Shown: positions 17,428-26,723 of the stretch, one piece after another
How positions within the stretch are numbered: the stretch's first letter is position 1
Layout of the letters: the number at the start of each line of letters is the position of its first letter
Source of the DNA: Nitrososphaerota archaeon
Lineage (GTDB): Archaea > Thermoproteota > EX4484-205 > JAAOZP01
Assembly: GCA_011605725.1 (NCBI GenBank)
Contig: JAAOZP010000010.1
Span: forward strand, 1 to 64,000
Length of the DNA stretch: 64,000 nucleotides
Direction of reading: 5' to 3'
Program-made: the position numbers and the translations under genes
The notes under the pieces: generated by a model
Told to the model about the DNA's origin: nothing
The model's database searches: none
What the model saw: only the letters and a program-made list of their open reading frames with translations

Positions 17428-18231
17428 ATGCTAAGAATCGTGGAAAGCGTTGCTTCAAGGATTTCGAGAAACAGGCTTTCCCTATGGCTTTACGAGAAAG
17501 CTCTCGTAAGGCAGGTTAGACAACTGCCACCCCCGAAACACATAGGGATAATAATGGATGGTAACAGAAGATGGGCTGAATCGAAAGGCTTAGAAAGATG
17601 CTTGGGGCATGTTTTTGGTGCTAAAAAGGTCAGCGAGGTTCTTAAATGGTGTTACGAACTCGGCATCAATACAGTAACGCTTTACGTTTTCTCGACTGAG
17701 AATCTTAAAAGGCCTCGTGAGGAGGTTGAACTGATATTCAACCTTTTCAAGGACAAGCTTGTCGAGATAATGGATAAGAAGGTTCTGCATGAAAGTAAGA
17801 CGCGTCTAAAGGTGATAGGTAGGAGGGATCTTATACCGGGCGAGATTATGCAATACATTGAGAAAATAGAAAGGGAAACGGAGGCTTATTCCTCGCACTA
17901 CCTGAACATTGCATTCGCATACGGTGGAAGGGCTGAAATAGTCGATGCTGTTAAGAGTATTGCTCAAGAAGTAGCAGAAGGATTATTGGAGCCAAGTAAC
18001 ATAAATGAGGAAACAATTTCAAAAAGGCTTTACACGGCTCATCTACCACAGCCTGATCCTGACCTGATAATCAGAACTTCGGGAGAGGAGCGGCTCAGCA
18101 ACTTTCTACTCTGGCAGTCAGCATACAGCGAGCTAGTGTTCATGGATGTCTATTGGCCTGAGTTTAGGAGAATAGACCTGCTTAGAGCAATAAGAACGTA
18201 TCAGAGGAGAAATAGAAGATTCGGCCTCTGA
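17428..18231 (+). CDS. uppS: cis-prenyltransferase (undecaprenyl/dolichyl diphosphate synthase)
   Basis: HIGIIMDGNRRWA, FSTEN, YGGRAEI, DLIIRTSGEERLSNFLLWQ. Confidence 0.97.
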   Translation: MLRIVESVASRISRNRLSLWLYEKALVRQVRQLPPPKHIGIIMDGNRRWAESKGLERCLGHVFGAKKVSEVLKWCYELGINTVTLYVFSTENLKRPREEVELIFNLFKDKLVEIMDKKVLHESKTRLKVIGRRDLIPGEIMQYIEKIERETEAYSSHYLNIAFAYGGRAEIVDAVKSIAQEVAEGLLEPSNINEETISKRLYTAHLPQPDPDLIIRTSGEERLSNFLLWQSAYSELVFMDVYWPEFRRIDLLRAIRTYQRRNRRFGL

Positions 18232-18436
18232 CATTCTTGGGACGAATCCAACACCTTTAAAGTGATTAAGGGACTGAATTCAAGTTACGTATGCTGGTGA
18301 CATGCCCAAAATATTCTGCTGAAGCTTCGTATAAGGGCGACGTTGAGGTGTTTACAGAAACAAGCATGTGCTCTATGACAATACGTATAAGTTCCTACAG
18401 ATGCCCAGCCCAGTTTTTACTTTCCAAGTATTTCAA

Positions 18437-19489
18437 TCAATAGGCGTTCGTAAGTTTTAAAGGGCCGGAGTCTGTTATGAGGTAAGTGTCTTCAACCCGT
18501 GCCCCACCAACACCAGGTATGTAAACCCCAGGCTCTATTGTGATAATATTGCCTGCTCTAAGCTTCTCGCTGCTTAATGGGGAGATGGAGGGAGGCTCAT
18601 GAATATCTATCCCAACCCCATGTCCTAGGCTGTGGGCAAAATACTTGCTTAACCCATATTCCTCCAGTACTTCGCAGGCTGCTTTATCTATTTCGTATAC
18701 GTTGACGCCCGGGAACGCCTTCTTCTCAGCAGCCTTCTTAGATTCCTCAACGGCCTCAATCATACGTGCAGCCTCGCTTCTCTCAGGCTTTCCCTCATAG
18801 ACTACTGTCCTAGTCAAATCGCTTTTATAATTGAAATAATCTGCTCCCGCATCTATCAGCACGAGATCTCCTTTTTTAAGTCGTCTCGAAGAGGGTGTTG
18901 CATGAGGATTGGAGGAGTTTTCTCCGAATGCCACTATAGTTTCGAAAGCAGGTTTGAAGGCGCCTTTTAAAACTATTCTAGAATCATATTCGCAAGCAAC
19001 TTCCACTTCTGCAGTGCCCTCAGTCAGCCTGCTTATGATTTCGCATACTGTTTGACTCGCTATCTCAGCAGCTTTCTTCACCCTTTCTATTTCTCGAGAA
19101 TCCTTAACTAGTCGCATATCCCTAACTATCCTGCTACCGGTTCTCAAGAGTACGCATAGTTCTTTTTCAAGCCTTAAGGCTTCCTGCATTTCTAATGCAT
19201 CGAACTCTATGTATTTTAAGCCTGCTGGTTTTTCCTTTAAAAGTCTCTGCAGGTATCCCTCACCTCTGTCTAGCTTCACGATTCTAACTTCATTCAGCGT
19301 GGAAGACAAGTTAACACTTTCTAAAGGTGTCACTAGCAGCCTGGCTTCACCACTTCTAGGTATTAGAAGCATTCCTGAAACCGGTTTCTCGCTGTCAACA
19401 GCATAGGTTATGTTTCCCTGCTCTTTTAAAGCGAGCAGATCTATGCCTGTCCTACTCAACCTGTTTTGAATTATTTCTATCCTGTTCAT
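18437..19489 (-). CDS. pepQ: Xaa-Pro peptidase (M24)
   Basis: PHA, IDAG...SDLTRT, HSLGHGVGIDIHE, TIEPGVY, RVED. Confidence 0.93.
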   Translation of the reverse strand: MNRIEIIQNRLSRTGIDLLALKEQGNITYAVDSEKPVSGMLLIPRSGEARLLVTPLESVNLSSTLNEVRIVKLDRGEGYLQRLLKEKPAGLKYIEFDALEMQEALRLEKELCVLLRTGSRIVRDMRLVKDSREIERVKKAAEIASQTVCEIISRLTEGTAEVEVACEYDSRIVLKGAFKPAFETIVAFGENSSNPHATPSSRRLKKGDLVLIDAGADYFNYKSDLTRTVVYEGKPERSEAARMIEAVEESKKAAEKKAFPGVNVYEIDKAACEVLEEYGLSKYFAHSLGHGVGIDIHEPPSISPLSSEKLRAGNIITIEPGVYIPGVGGARVEDTYLITDSGPLKLTNAY

Positions 19490-20012
19490 ACGCAGCCTCT
19501 GTTTGAAGCCGTGCTCTTAAAGCTTGCTTAAGCTCATCATCGGTACGCGCGCCGAAAATGCTTAATCCTGTTGGAGTTAGCCTCAGCATCTTGCTCCTTC
19601 CTTCTCTGCTTGCTTCAAGCAGCCCCATTTCAACCAGCTTCTTAATCTGCCTGTACGCATGCGACCCCCTGAGGCTTACTATTTTGGATTGAGCTATAGG
19701 TTGTTGTAAACCTATAAGTGTAAGCGTTTTTAATACTGCTCTGCTCATCATTGGTTTAACACCTATTCTTTTAACGAAGCCAGAGTACTCGGGCTTAACC
19801 CTCAGCATATAGTTTCCCTGCCCTATCTCGACTATTTCTAGGCTAGTATCTCTAGCCTTATACTCTTCAACGAGCCCTTTCAATGCTTTCTCAACCTTCT
19901 CAACCTTTCTGGCTCCTGCAGCCGACTTTAGCTGCTTCATTGTCAACGGCCTCCCGGATGCGAAGAGAGCAGCCTCAATCCTCTTCCTATACTCCGAATC
20001 CTTGGAAACCAT
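19452..20012 (-). CDS. scpB: SMC-Scp complex kite subunit ScpB
   Basis: IEAALFASGRPLT, LKTLTLIGLQQPIAQS.I..LRGS; downstream of smc-scpA. Confidence 0.93.
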   Translation of the reverse strand: MVSKDSEYRKRIEAALFASGRPLTMKQLKSAAGARKVEKVEKALKGLVEEYKARDTSLEIVEIGQGNYMLRVKPEYSGFVKRIGVKPMMSRAVLKTLTLIGLQQPIAQSKIVSLRGSHAYRQIKKLVEMGLLEASREGRSKMLRLTPTGLSIFGARTDDELKQALRARLQTEAAYEQDRNNSKQVE

Positions 20013-20664
20013 TTTCCACCACTATGTAATACTCGCCTTCTTCAAGGAGAATGTCAAAGCCTGGTTCCGACAAAAGGAAGAGAATTAATATAAAGGTCCT
20101 GGCCATCTCTAAGGGCTGTTTGCCCTCCAGCAGGGATCTTAATGATACTCTTCCATCCCGGCTGACCATCGTGTATAGCGTGTTTCTAAACTCTTCAACT
20201 TTCTTCTCAATCTCTCTTATGAAATCATCAGGCTGAGGTATAATGGGCGGCAGTATCTCCTCCTCGGAAGCCCTTTTAGAATAGGCCTTCTCAAGTATTT
20301 CAGAAAGAGCTTTCACGAGGCGTTCAAGATCTATGACTGGCTGGGACGGCCTGATTGGGATCTCAAGAGGATTCATTTTCTCAAGCAACTCTAGCGGGAT
20401 ATCGATTGTATCCTCAGCATCAAGGTGCTCCGTATGTTTAAGCTCAGAATCTATCGAGAGAAGCGCCTCGGTCTTCCTAAGATATATTATGGAGGATGCC
20501 AGAAGCACTAGTCCGGAGAGCGTGAACTGTAAGTATCCTTTTTCACGCAGTTCATGAGATAGTTGCTTCAGTATCTCTGCAATCTTAATGTTCCAAGGAT
20601 TTATTTTTCTCAGCTTAATCAGGTCAAACACAATGTCGTTTGCTTCACGTGTCTCATTCGACAA
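19987..20664 (-). CDS. scpA: Kleisin ScpA (probable TTG start at 20664; ORF-track start 20730)
   Basis: INPWNIKIAEI, SGLVLLASSIIYLRKT, ARTFILILFL. Confidence 0.9.
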   Translation of the reverse strand: MSNETREANDIVFDLIKLRKINPWNIKIAEILKQLSHELREKGYLQFTLSGLVLLASSIIYLRKTEALLSIDSELKHTEHLDAEDTIDIPLELLEKMNPLEIPIRPSQPVIDLERLVKALSEILEKAYSKRASEEEILPPIIPQPDDFIREIEKKVEEFRNTLYTMVSRDGRVSLRSLLEGKQPLEMARTFILILFLLSEPGFDILLEEGEYYIVVENGFQGFGV

Positions 20665-23600
20665 CAGTCGTCTCCTCCAATGCTTTTCCAACAGGCATTT
20701 CAATAAACCTTGAGAAACCGTTCTTAACATAGACTCCTATAACCTTGTCCGCCTTGCTTACAACGACGTCTCTAAGAGAAACGATTATTATCTGGCTTTC
20801 TTTCGACACTTCTTTCAACAGCTCCGTCATCCTTTCCACATTAACGTAATCTAAATGTGCGTCCGGCTCGTCGAAAATGTAGAATGCTGCGGGGAAGAGT
20901 TTTTGCATCGCGAATATCAGGCATAATGCTGCTACAGACTTCTCTCCGCCACTTACTCCACTTATTACTCTTGCCTCTTTCCCCGGGAATCTAACGTAGA
21001 CTGTTAACCCTGCTTCGAAAGGTCTTTCAGGGTCCTCGAGTTGAAGCCAACCATCGCCACCAGTCATCTTGTTGAAAAATATTGAGAAATATTTGTTTAT
21101 TCTGTTCAACCCTTCTAGGAAAGCCTCCCTCTTTCTCCTTTCAATATCCTCCATAAACTCCTGAATGCTCCTTCTTTCTTCCTCAAGTTCATTAATCCTT
21201 TCAAGAGCATTCTTATAGAAATAGACTTCTTGCTCATACTGGTTAATGGCAAGCATGTTTACTTCTTGAACCTTCTCGAGCTCGCTTCTAAGTGTTTTTA
21301 AGTAATTCTCCGTTAAGATTTCCTTATCTTCTGAAACTTTAAGCGGCTCGCCGGGAATCCTACTCTTCAACTCTTGAATCCTGCTTTCACTCATTTCTTT
21401 TTCAGTCAGCAGTTTCCTCTCAACGTCTTTAACCCTGTTTATCTCTTCGTTCAATCCTTCGATCTCCTTGTCAAGTTTCCGAATCGTTGAAACAATATCT
21501 TTCCTCTCGTCCTCCACATCCTCGCGCGTAACCTCTATTTTCTCATCCACCTTTTTCTTCAATTCTTCTATTTTTGCATTTAAATCACGAGTCAAGTTTA
21601 AAATCCCTGTATTGTCTTCTCTAATCTTAGATATTTTCTCGCCCAAAGTCTTTTCGGTATTCCTGTATTCTAAATTCTTTCTACGTAGATTGCTAACTAT
21701 ATTCTCGATCTGTGACAATTTGTTTTTAAAAACGTTTCTTTGCTTTTCGAGTCTCCTTAACTCTTTTTCAATCAGCCTTATTCTCCTGCGAATCCTACTG
21801 AGGTTTTTCTCTCTGGCTGCGATTAACGATTTCAGCCTCATTCTTTCCTTTCCCAATAAGTGTTTTCTACTTCTATCGTGTTTTCTAAATGCTTGGCTCA
21901 GTCTTCGAGACGCTTCCAGATATTCACCTGTCAGAGTGCTTAATTGCTTCTCAAGCTCCTCCACACGGGAGTCGATAGTGCTCAAATCCTCTGCAAGTCT
22001 GCTTCGAATACTTGTAGTTTCAAGTATTTGGATGCTCAAAGCCGGTCTAACATGATTATTCATGGTCTCAAGTATTCTGAATAATTCGCCAGCTTTCTCC
22101 GAGAAGTTTTTCACGACACTTCTAATGCTTTCCAGTTTCTCTTCAATGTTTTCCCTGATTAATCCCCCTTCGACGGTGAAAACTTCTCCGTTTACAGTCG
22201 CTGCCCTGAATCCTCTTCTAGCGAAGACGAGAGCATCTTCAGCATTGCTAACAACAACGCTGTTCCAGAAGAGTTTTAAGACATGTTTTTCAATATTCTT
22301 AGGATATTTGACTAAATCCATTGCATGCTTGCCACGTTTGCCGAGTTCAAACGGTATTTCTTTCCTGCTCGCTTCCCCTTCGGAAGTTAACACTTTAACT
22401 CCTATACCTTTTCCACTAAGAAAATTCATTAAGAAAAGCATGTCTAGAGAGCTTTTGACGAGGACAGCATCCATCCAATCGCCAGCCAAGGCCTCGACGG
22501 ACTTGCTCAATTCCTTTGGAAACCAGAGGCTCTCTCTCAGGGTTCCATAGATGTTTAAGCCTTTTTTCTCGGAAACTTTTTTAACGAGGTCTAAAGCCTT
22601 TCTCCTTTTCTCATCCTGAATAGCGTGGCCCGCCATTCCGGAGGCTTTTGCGAAAAGGATTCTAAACGAATCTAAACTGTTCATCAAGATTTTAACAGTG
22701 TCCATTATCTCGTCAAGCATTCTCCTCCTTTCCGCTAAAACCCTGTCGAGATCAGTCAGTTTCTCGATAACTCTGTTTTTCCTGGTTGTCTCTATTTCTC
22801 TTCTCCTGCTTAAATGCTCTATTCTCCTTCTGAGATTATCATGGTAAGTAATGATTTCTCTAAACATTTTTTCTGAATTCTTCTCCTCGAGCACTAATCG
22901 GTCTAAATCCCTGTCGACCAGAATCAGTCTGTTCTTCAGGCTATAAGCCGTCGCCTCCTGCTGTTTCTCAGCGTCTTGAAGTCTTTTTTTCTCGTTTAAA
23001 AGATGGGTGATTCGAGTGTTGATTGAAGATATTTTTTCGAGTATGCATTTAGAATCCTCTGTAAGACTTATCGTTTTTCTCTGACTCCTATTTCTTTTTC
23101 GTCTAGTTTTAGATAGTTCTCTCTTAATAGTGTTTAGCTCGCTCCTGTTTACCTCAAGCCTTTCAAGGGATTCTTTAAGCCTTTTTTCAAGATCTCTCAA
23201 CTCGTATTGAAGTCTAATTCTCTCTGAATCGGGGGTTGCAGAAGCAGCGGTTTCTAAGAGCTCCTCCATCTTCTCTATAAGGCTTCTTTTCTCAGCCTGT
23301 CTAGAGGCAAGCTCCGTCTCTAGTTTACGCCGTATAGCGTTATTCTCCTCAAGGCTTTGGGATATTTCCTCGAGTTTTCTAACAAGCTTCCAATACTCCA
23401 TTGAATTGATAATCATCTGCATTCTCTCAACCTCCTTCTCAAGCATTCTTCTCCTAAGTAGAATGTTTCTCTCTCTTTCTAATTGAAGCATCCTCCTATC
23501 GATCTCTTGAAGCCTAGCCTGCACAACCCTAAGATTATTGTCCGCCAGCTGCAGGTTGTTAAGTGCTTCCGCCTTCTTCTCATCATACTGCGCTAAGCCT

Positions 23601-24571
23601 AGTGCCTGTTCTATCTCCTTTCTCCTCTCCACGGGATTTTTATCAGCTAGTCGTGAAATCTCTCCCTGCGGTATTATGTTGTAGCCTCTTGCAGAAAGAC
23701 CTGTTGAGGAAATAGTGTCCTCAACAACGTTTTTAGAAGTCCTTTTACCGTTGAGATAATAGGTGCTTTCCCCATCCCGCCCCATTCTCCTAGCTACTGT
23801 TATAAATCTTTCTTGTCCAGGTATTGTTGAGTCACTATTATCTATAGTTATCTTCACATAGGTTTCCGCCTCCCCGCCAGCGTTATCGTTAACTAGAGAG
23901 GTGAGTTTATCTATCCTAAGAAGCCTAGGATTATTCTCTCCGAGTGCGAAACGTATCGCATCGATTAGATTACTATTGTGAACTATCAGGCCATCTCCGG
24001 TAATATATGAGCCAATGTTCTTCACATATATGTCGTATACTTCTCCTTTCCAAAATTTCTTAACGATCCTGTTTAAAACATCTAAACGCGTTTTACCCTC
24101 GTCGACAACCAGTATCCTCATGCCTTCCGATATCTGTGAAGCCTTGATCCACCTGTATGTCTCGTTTCCCCAAGCCGCCATCAGCCTGTGCTCCGGGGTT
24201 ACCTCAATCTTTCTTCCGGCTGCTGTTTCAATTTTTAATACGAATCCCTCATAAGGTTTTCTGAACACGGCACTAGCGCTTGTTTCAACACTCCTCCCTA
24301 GAAGCGTATGGTAGCTTATGAGCGGCTCCCTTCTACAAGGAATTACGTATTCCCCGTCTGTCAGCTTTATTCTTATACCTTCTGAGGACAATTCTTTGAA
24401 AAATGATTTCACGTCCAGTCCTCCCCACGGCCGTTCTATGATTGTCCAGGGGGCTATGCATTTTCCAGAACCATTTCTACCGGTTAAAACAGTTAGGCCT
24501 CTGCTTAAGTTTATAACCTGTCTACCGCCTACTGACTTGAAATTCCTGATTTCGATCCTGGTTAGATGCAA
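20654..24571 (-). CDS. smc: Chromosome segregation protein Smc, intein-containing
   Basis: NFKS, GRNGSGK/SN split by an intein, IIPQG Q-loop, central hinge, VSGGEKS signature, FDEPDAHLD. Confidence 0.96.
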   Translation of the reverse strand: MHLTRIEIRNFKSVGGRQVINLSRGLTVLTGRNGSGKCIAPWTIIERPWGGLDVKSFFKELSSEGIRIKLTDGEYVIPCRREPLISYHTLLGRSVETSASAVFRKPYEGFVLKIETAAGRKIEVTPEHRLMAAWGNETYRWIKASQISEGMRILVVDEGKTRLDVLNRIVKKFWKGEVYDIYVKNIGSYITGDGLIVHNSNLIDAIRFALGENNPRLLRIDKLTSLVNDNAGGEAETYVKITIDNSDSTIPGQERFITVARRMGRDGESTYYLNGKRTSKNVVEDTISSTGLSARGYNIIPQGEISRLADKNPVERRKEIEQALGLAQYDEKKAEALNNLQLADNNLRVVQARLQEIDRRMLQLERERNILLRRRMLEKEVERMQMIINSMEYWKLVRKLEEISQSLEENNAIRRKLETELASRQAEKRSLIEKMEELLETAASATPDSERIRLQYELRDLEKRLKESLERLEVNRSELNTIKRELSKTRRKRNRSQRKTISLTEDSKCILEKISSINTRITHLLNEKKRLQDAEKQQEATAYSLKNRLILVDRDLDRLVLEEKNSEKMFREIITYHDNLRRRIEHLSRRREIETTRKNRVIEKLTDLDRVLAERRRMLDEIMDTVKILMNSLDSFRILFAKASGMAGHAIQDEKRRKALDLVKKVSEKKGLNIYGTLRESLWFPKELSKSVEALAGDWMDAVLVKSSLDMLFLMNFLSGKGIGVKVLTSEGEASRKEIPFELGKRGKHAMDLVKYPKNIEKHVLKLFWNSVVVSNAEDALVFARRGFRAATVNGEVFTVEGGLIRENIEEKLESIRSVVKNFSEKAGELFRILETMNNHVRPALSIQILETTSIRSRLAEDLSTIDSRVEELEKQLSTLTGEYLEASRRLSQAFRKHDRSRKHLLGKERMRLKSLIAAREKNLSRIRRRIRLIEKELRRLEKQRNVFKNKLSQIENIVSNLRRKNLEYRNTEKTLGEKISKIREDNTGILNLTRDLNAKIEELKKKVDEKIEVTREDVEDERKDIVSTIRKLDKEIEGLNEEINRVKDVERKLLTEKEMSESRIQELKSRIPGEPLKVSEDKEILTENYLKTLRSELEKVQEVNMLAINQYEQEVYFYKNALERINELEEERRSIQEFMEDIERRKREAFLEGLNRINKYFSIFFNKMTGGDGWLQLEDPERPFEAGLTVYVRFPGKEARVISGVSGGEKSVAALCLIFAMQKLFPAAFYIFDEPDAHLDYVNVERMTELLKEVSKESQIIIVSLRDVVVSKADKVIGVYVKNGFSRFIEMPVGKALEETTVVE
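23975..24460 (-). mobile_element. 162-aa mini-intein (no homing endonuclease) in the Smc Walker A
   Basis: Cys1 (CIAPWT), block B TPEH, block F VYDIYV, terminal HN followed by Ser+1; removal restores GRNGSGKSNLIDAIRF. Confidence 0.95.
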
Positions 24572-24762
24572 TCTCTAAACCCTCTCTGCATCAGTCGGCA
24601 TGTGGGCATCAACCTACCGTCGAAGTGTTCTTTAATGTAACTTGTAGAAGCGTCCTTCCTCCGAAAACTGGGTGTTTTAAAGCCGCTCTGCAGCCTCATA
24701 AAGCTTAACATAAGCATCCAGGAATAAGTTTTTAAGCATTATTTTAAGAGGTTTGTGGCAGG

Positions 24763-25152
24763 TTGTCAGTATATCAAGGAGACATATTCAAGAGGAAGAA
24801 GACTGGTGGTAAGAGTCATCCCAATAGGGGTAAACGCAAGTATGAAATGGGGAGGCCACCGGCTCTTACGAGGCTTGGCGAGAATAACGTTGTCGAGAAG
24901 GTTAGGGTTAGAGGAGGAGGTTTGAAACTTAGGGTTGTTCAGGCTGCGTATGCTAACGTCGCTGTTGAAAAGAATAGGGTTGTGAAAGCTAAGGTTTTAG
25001 ACGTGGTTGACAACCCTGCGAACAGAGAGTTCAGCAGGATGAAGATAATAACTAGGGGTGCTATAATAAAGACTGAGGTGGGTAATGCTGTAGTGACTTC
25101 TAAACCAGGCTCCAACGGGGTTGTGAACGCTAAGCTGGTTTCTGAAGGATGA
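24763..25152 (+). CDS. rps8e: 30S ribosomal protein S8e
   Basis: KRKKTGG, KRKYEMGR, RVRGG, NPAN, IITRGAII, VTSKPG..GVVNA. Confidence 0.97.
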   Translation: MSVYQGDIFKRKKTGGKSHPNRGKRKYEMGRPPALTRLGENNVVEKVRVRGGGLKLRVVQAAYANVAVEKNRVVKAKVLDVVDNPANREFSRMKIITRGAIIKTEVGNAVVTSKPGSNGVVNAKLVSEG

Positions 25153-25445
25153 AAAACATTTCTAAAGAACGTTATGTGATAGTTTACCCGCAGTATTTTG
25201 ATTCTAGGGCTTCGCGGAAAATGGGGAGACGTGTCCCAAAGGGTCTTGCAGTCGACTCTCCGAGCCTAGCTAGGATTGCGGAAGCGTGTAAAAAGCTTGG
25301 CTTAAAGGTTACGCTGGAGCCTGACAAGGCTTATCCTAGGGCGAGCAATGTAAAGTGCGGGAGAATAGTGGTTTTCTGCAAGAATATGCATAAGAAAAGC
25401 CTTATTGAAAAAATAGGAGTCGTAATGAAGGGTGGTGCAGGTTGA
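25149..25445 (+). CDS. srp19: Signal recognition particle 19 kDa protein
   Basis: IVYPQYFDS..SRKMGRRVP, KAYPR. Confidence 0.95.
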   Translation: MKNISKERYVIVYPQYFDSRASRKMGRRVPKGLAVDSPSLARIAEACKKLGLKVTLEPDKAYPRASNVKCGRIVVFCKNMHKKSLIEKIGVVMKGGAG

Positions 25446-25675
25446 AACGTAAAGGAACTGTTGAAAACATTCTTAACAACAGGATTGTTTTGGTTAGGCT
25501 TGAGGGACTGGTTGGCTTAGGTTCCCTCGTCCTAAGCAGGGAGATGAAGCCGCTGGGCAGCGTTACAGACATAATAGGTCCTGTTAAAGAGCCGTATGCC
25601 GTAGTTGTATTAAAAAGAAAAGTTAAGGGAGTTGATAAAGGTGACGTCGTGTTTTTTAAGCCTAGAAAGGCGTAG
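25442..25675 (+). CDS. gar1: H/ACA RNP subunit Gar1
   Basis: LGSVTDIIGPVKEPY; conserved position after srp19. Confidence 0.9.
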   Translation: MKRKGTVENILNNRIVLVRLEGLVGLGSLVLSREMKPLGSVTDIIGPVKEPYAVVVLKRKVKGVDKGDVVFFKPRKA

Positions 25676-25732
25676 GGTTGGAAAATCTTTATAGCTTGGA
25701 AACCTATTATAAACAATGGTGATAAAACCTCG

Positions 25733-26146
25733 GTGGTCAGAAAGGTCTCGAGAAGATACAGGCTTGAGGGGAAGGTACTTAACATCATAATGCGTTCCAA
25801 GGATGGGGTGGTTCAGACGGACCTATATAAGATGCTTAACATCTCGAGCAGAGAGGGCTCGAGAATTTGCTTAAAACTGGAGTCGTGGGGGCTGATAAAG
25901 AGGGAGAAGGTTCTTCACAAGGAGAGATGGACCTATAAGCTTTACTCGACACGCAAGATTCCGAAGATAGATTCTTTAAAGGGTTCGCCGTGTTTTTCAT
26001 GCCCACATTTCAACAGGAGTTGCTCATCAGGATCTGCAATAAGCCCTGAACGTTGTGAACTACTGGATAAGTGGATACTTACGATTGGCGTGGGGGGAGC
26101 GGACGCTGAAGTCAAAGAGGCGATGGCTTCAAGAGAGGAAGCGTGA
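25733..26146 (+). CDS. tfeB: Transcription factor TFE beta (RPC34/RPC39-like, wHTH plus FeS cluster)
   Basis: wHTH (VVQTDLYKMLNISSREGSRIC..LE..GLI) plus SPCFSC..FNRSC......ISPERC..L..W. Confidence 0.85.
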   Translation: MVRKVSRRYRLEGKVLNIIMRSKDGVVQTDLYKMLNISSREGSRICLKLESWGLIKREKVLHKERWTYKLYSTRKIPKIDSLKGSPCFSCPHFNRSCSSGSAISPERCELLDKWILTIGVGGADAEVKEAMASREEA

Positions 26147-26723
26147 TCCCTATTTCTTACTTGCTAAGAAAGAAGGTTACCGTAGCAGAGCATCTTACAA
26201 GCTTAAGCAAATACTGGGTGAGTACAGGCTTATCAGGAAAGGGGATTTTGTATTAGATATTGGATGTGCTCCCGGGGGATGGCTTCAAGTTGCTTCTGAA
26301 GCGGTCGGTGAAACTGGGCTGGTTATTGGAGTGGATATCAAGAGGGTTGAAAACCTAGGGTTGGAGAATATTAAGACAATCTTGCTTGACGTTTTTGATG
26401 AAGGTTTTGTTGAAAGGGTTTTAAAAGAATCTAAAAACAAGTTTGACGTGATTCTTTCAGACCTCTCACCTAACATGTCTGGGATTTATGAGCTTGACCA
26501 CGCTAGACAGATTGAGATGGTTGAGAGAGTCATCCAACTGTCGAGAGAACTGTTAAAGGTCGGCGGGTCGATGGTGGTTAAGGTTTTCGAGGGAGAGGGT
26601 TCCGATAGGATTTACAGGAATGTTTCGAAACTCTTCAGGTTTGTTAAAAGATTTAAGCCTAAGGCTTCCCGCAGGGGGAGTTCAGAATTTTACTTGGTCG
26701 CCAAGTTTTTCAAAGGCTTCTAA
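26055..26723 (+). CDS. rlmE: 23S rRNA 2'-O-methyltransferase RlmE/FtsJ (start probably downstream)
   Basis: DPY...AKKEGYRSRASYKL, DIGCAPGGW, SDLSPN.SG, KPKASR..SSE.Y. Confidence 0.95.
   Translation: MNYWISGYLRLAWGERTLKSKRRWLQERKRDPYFLLAKKEGYRSRASYKLKQILGEYRLIRKGDFVLDIGCAPGGWLQVASEAVGETGLVIGVDIKRVENLGLENIKTILLDVFDEGFVERVLKESKNKFDVILSDLSPNMSGIYELDHARQIEMVERVIQLSRELLKVGGSMVVKVFEGEGSDRIYRNVSKLFRFVKRFKPKASRRGSSEFYLVAKFFKGF

Noticed and set aside
24572-24762. Possible SRP RNA next to rps8e-srp19
   Set aside because: Too short and not GC-structured enough for a ~300-nt archaeal 7S RNA
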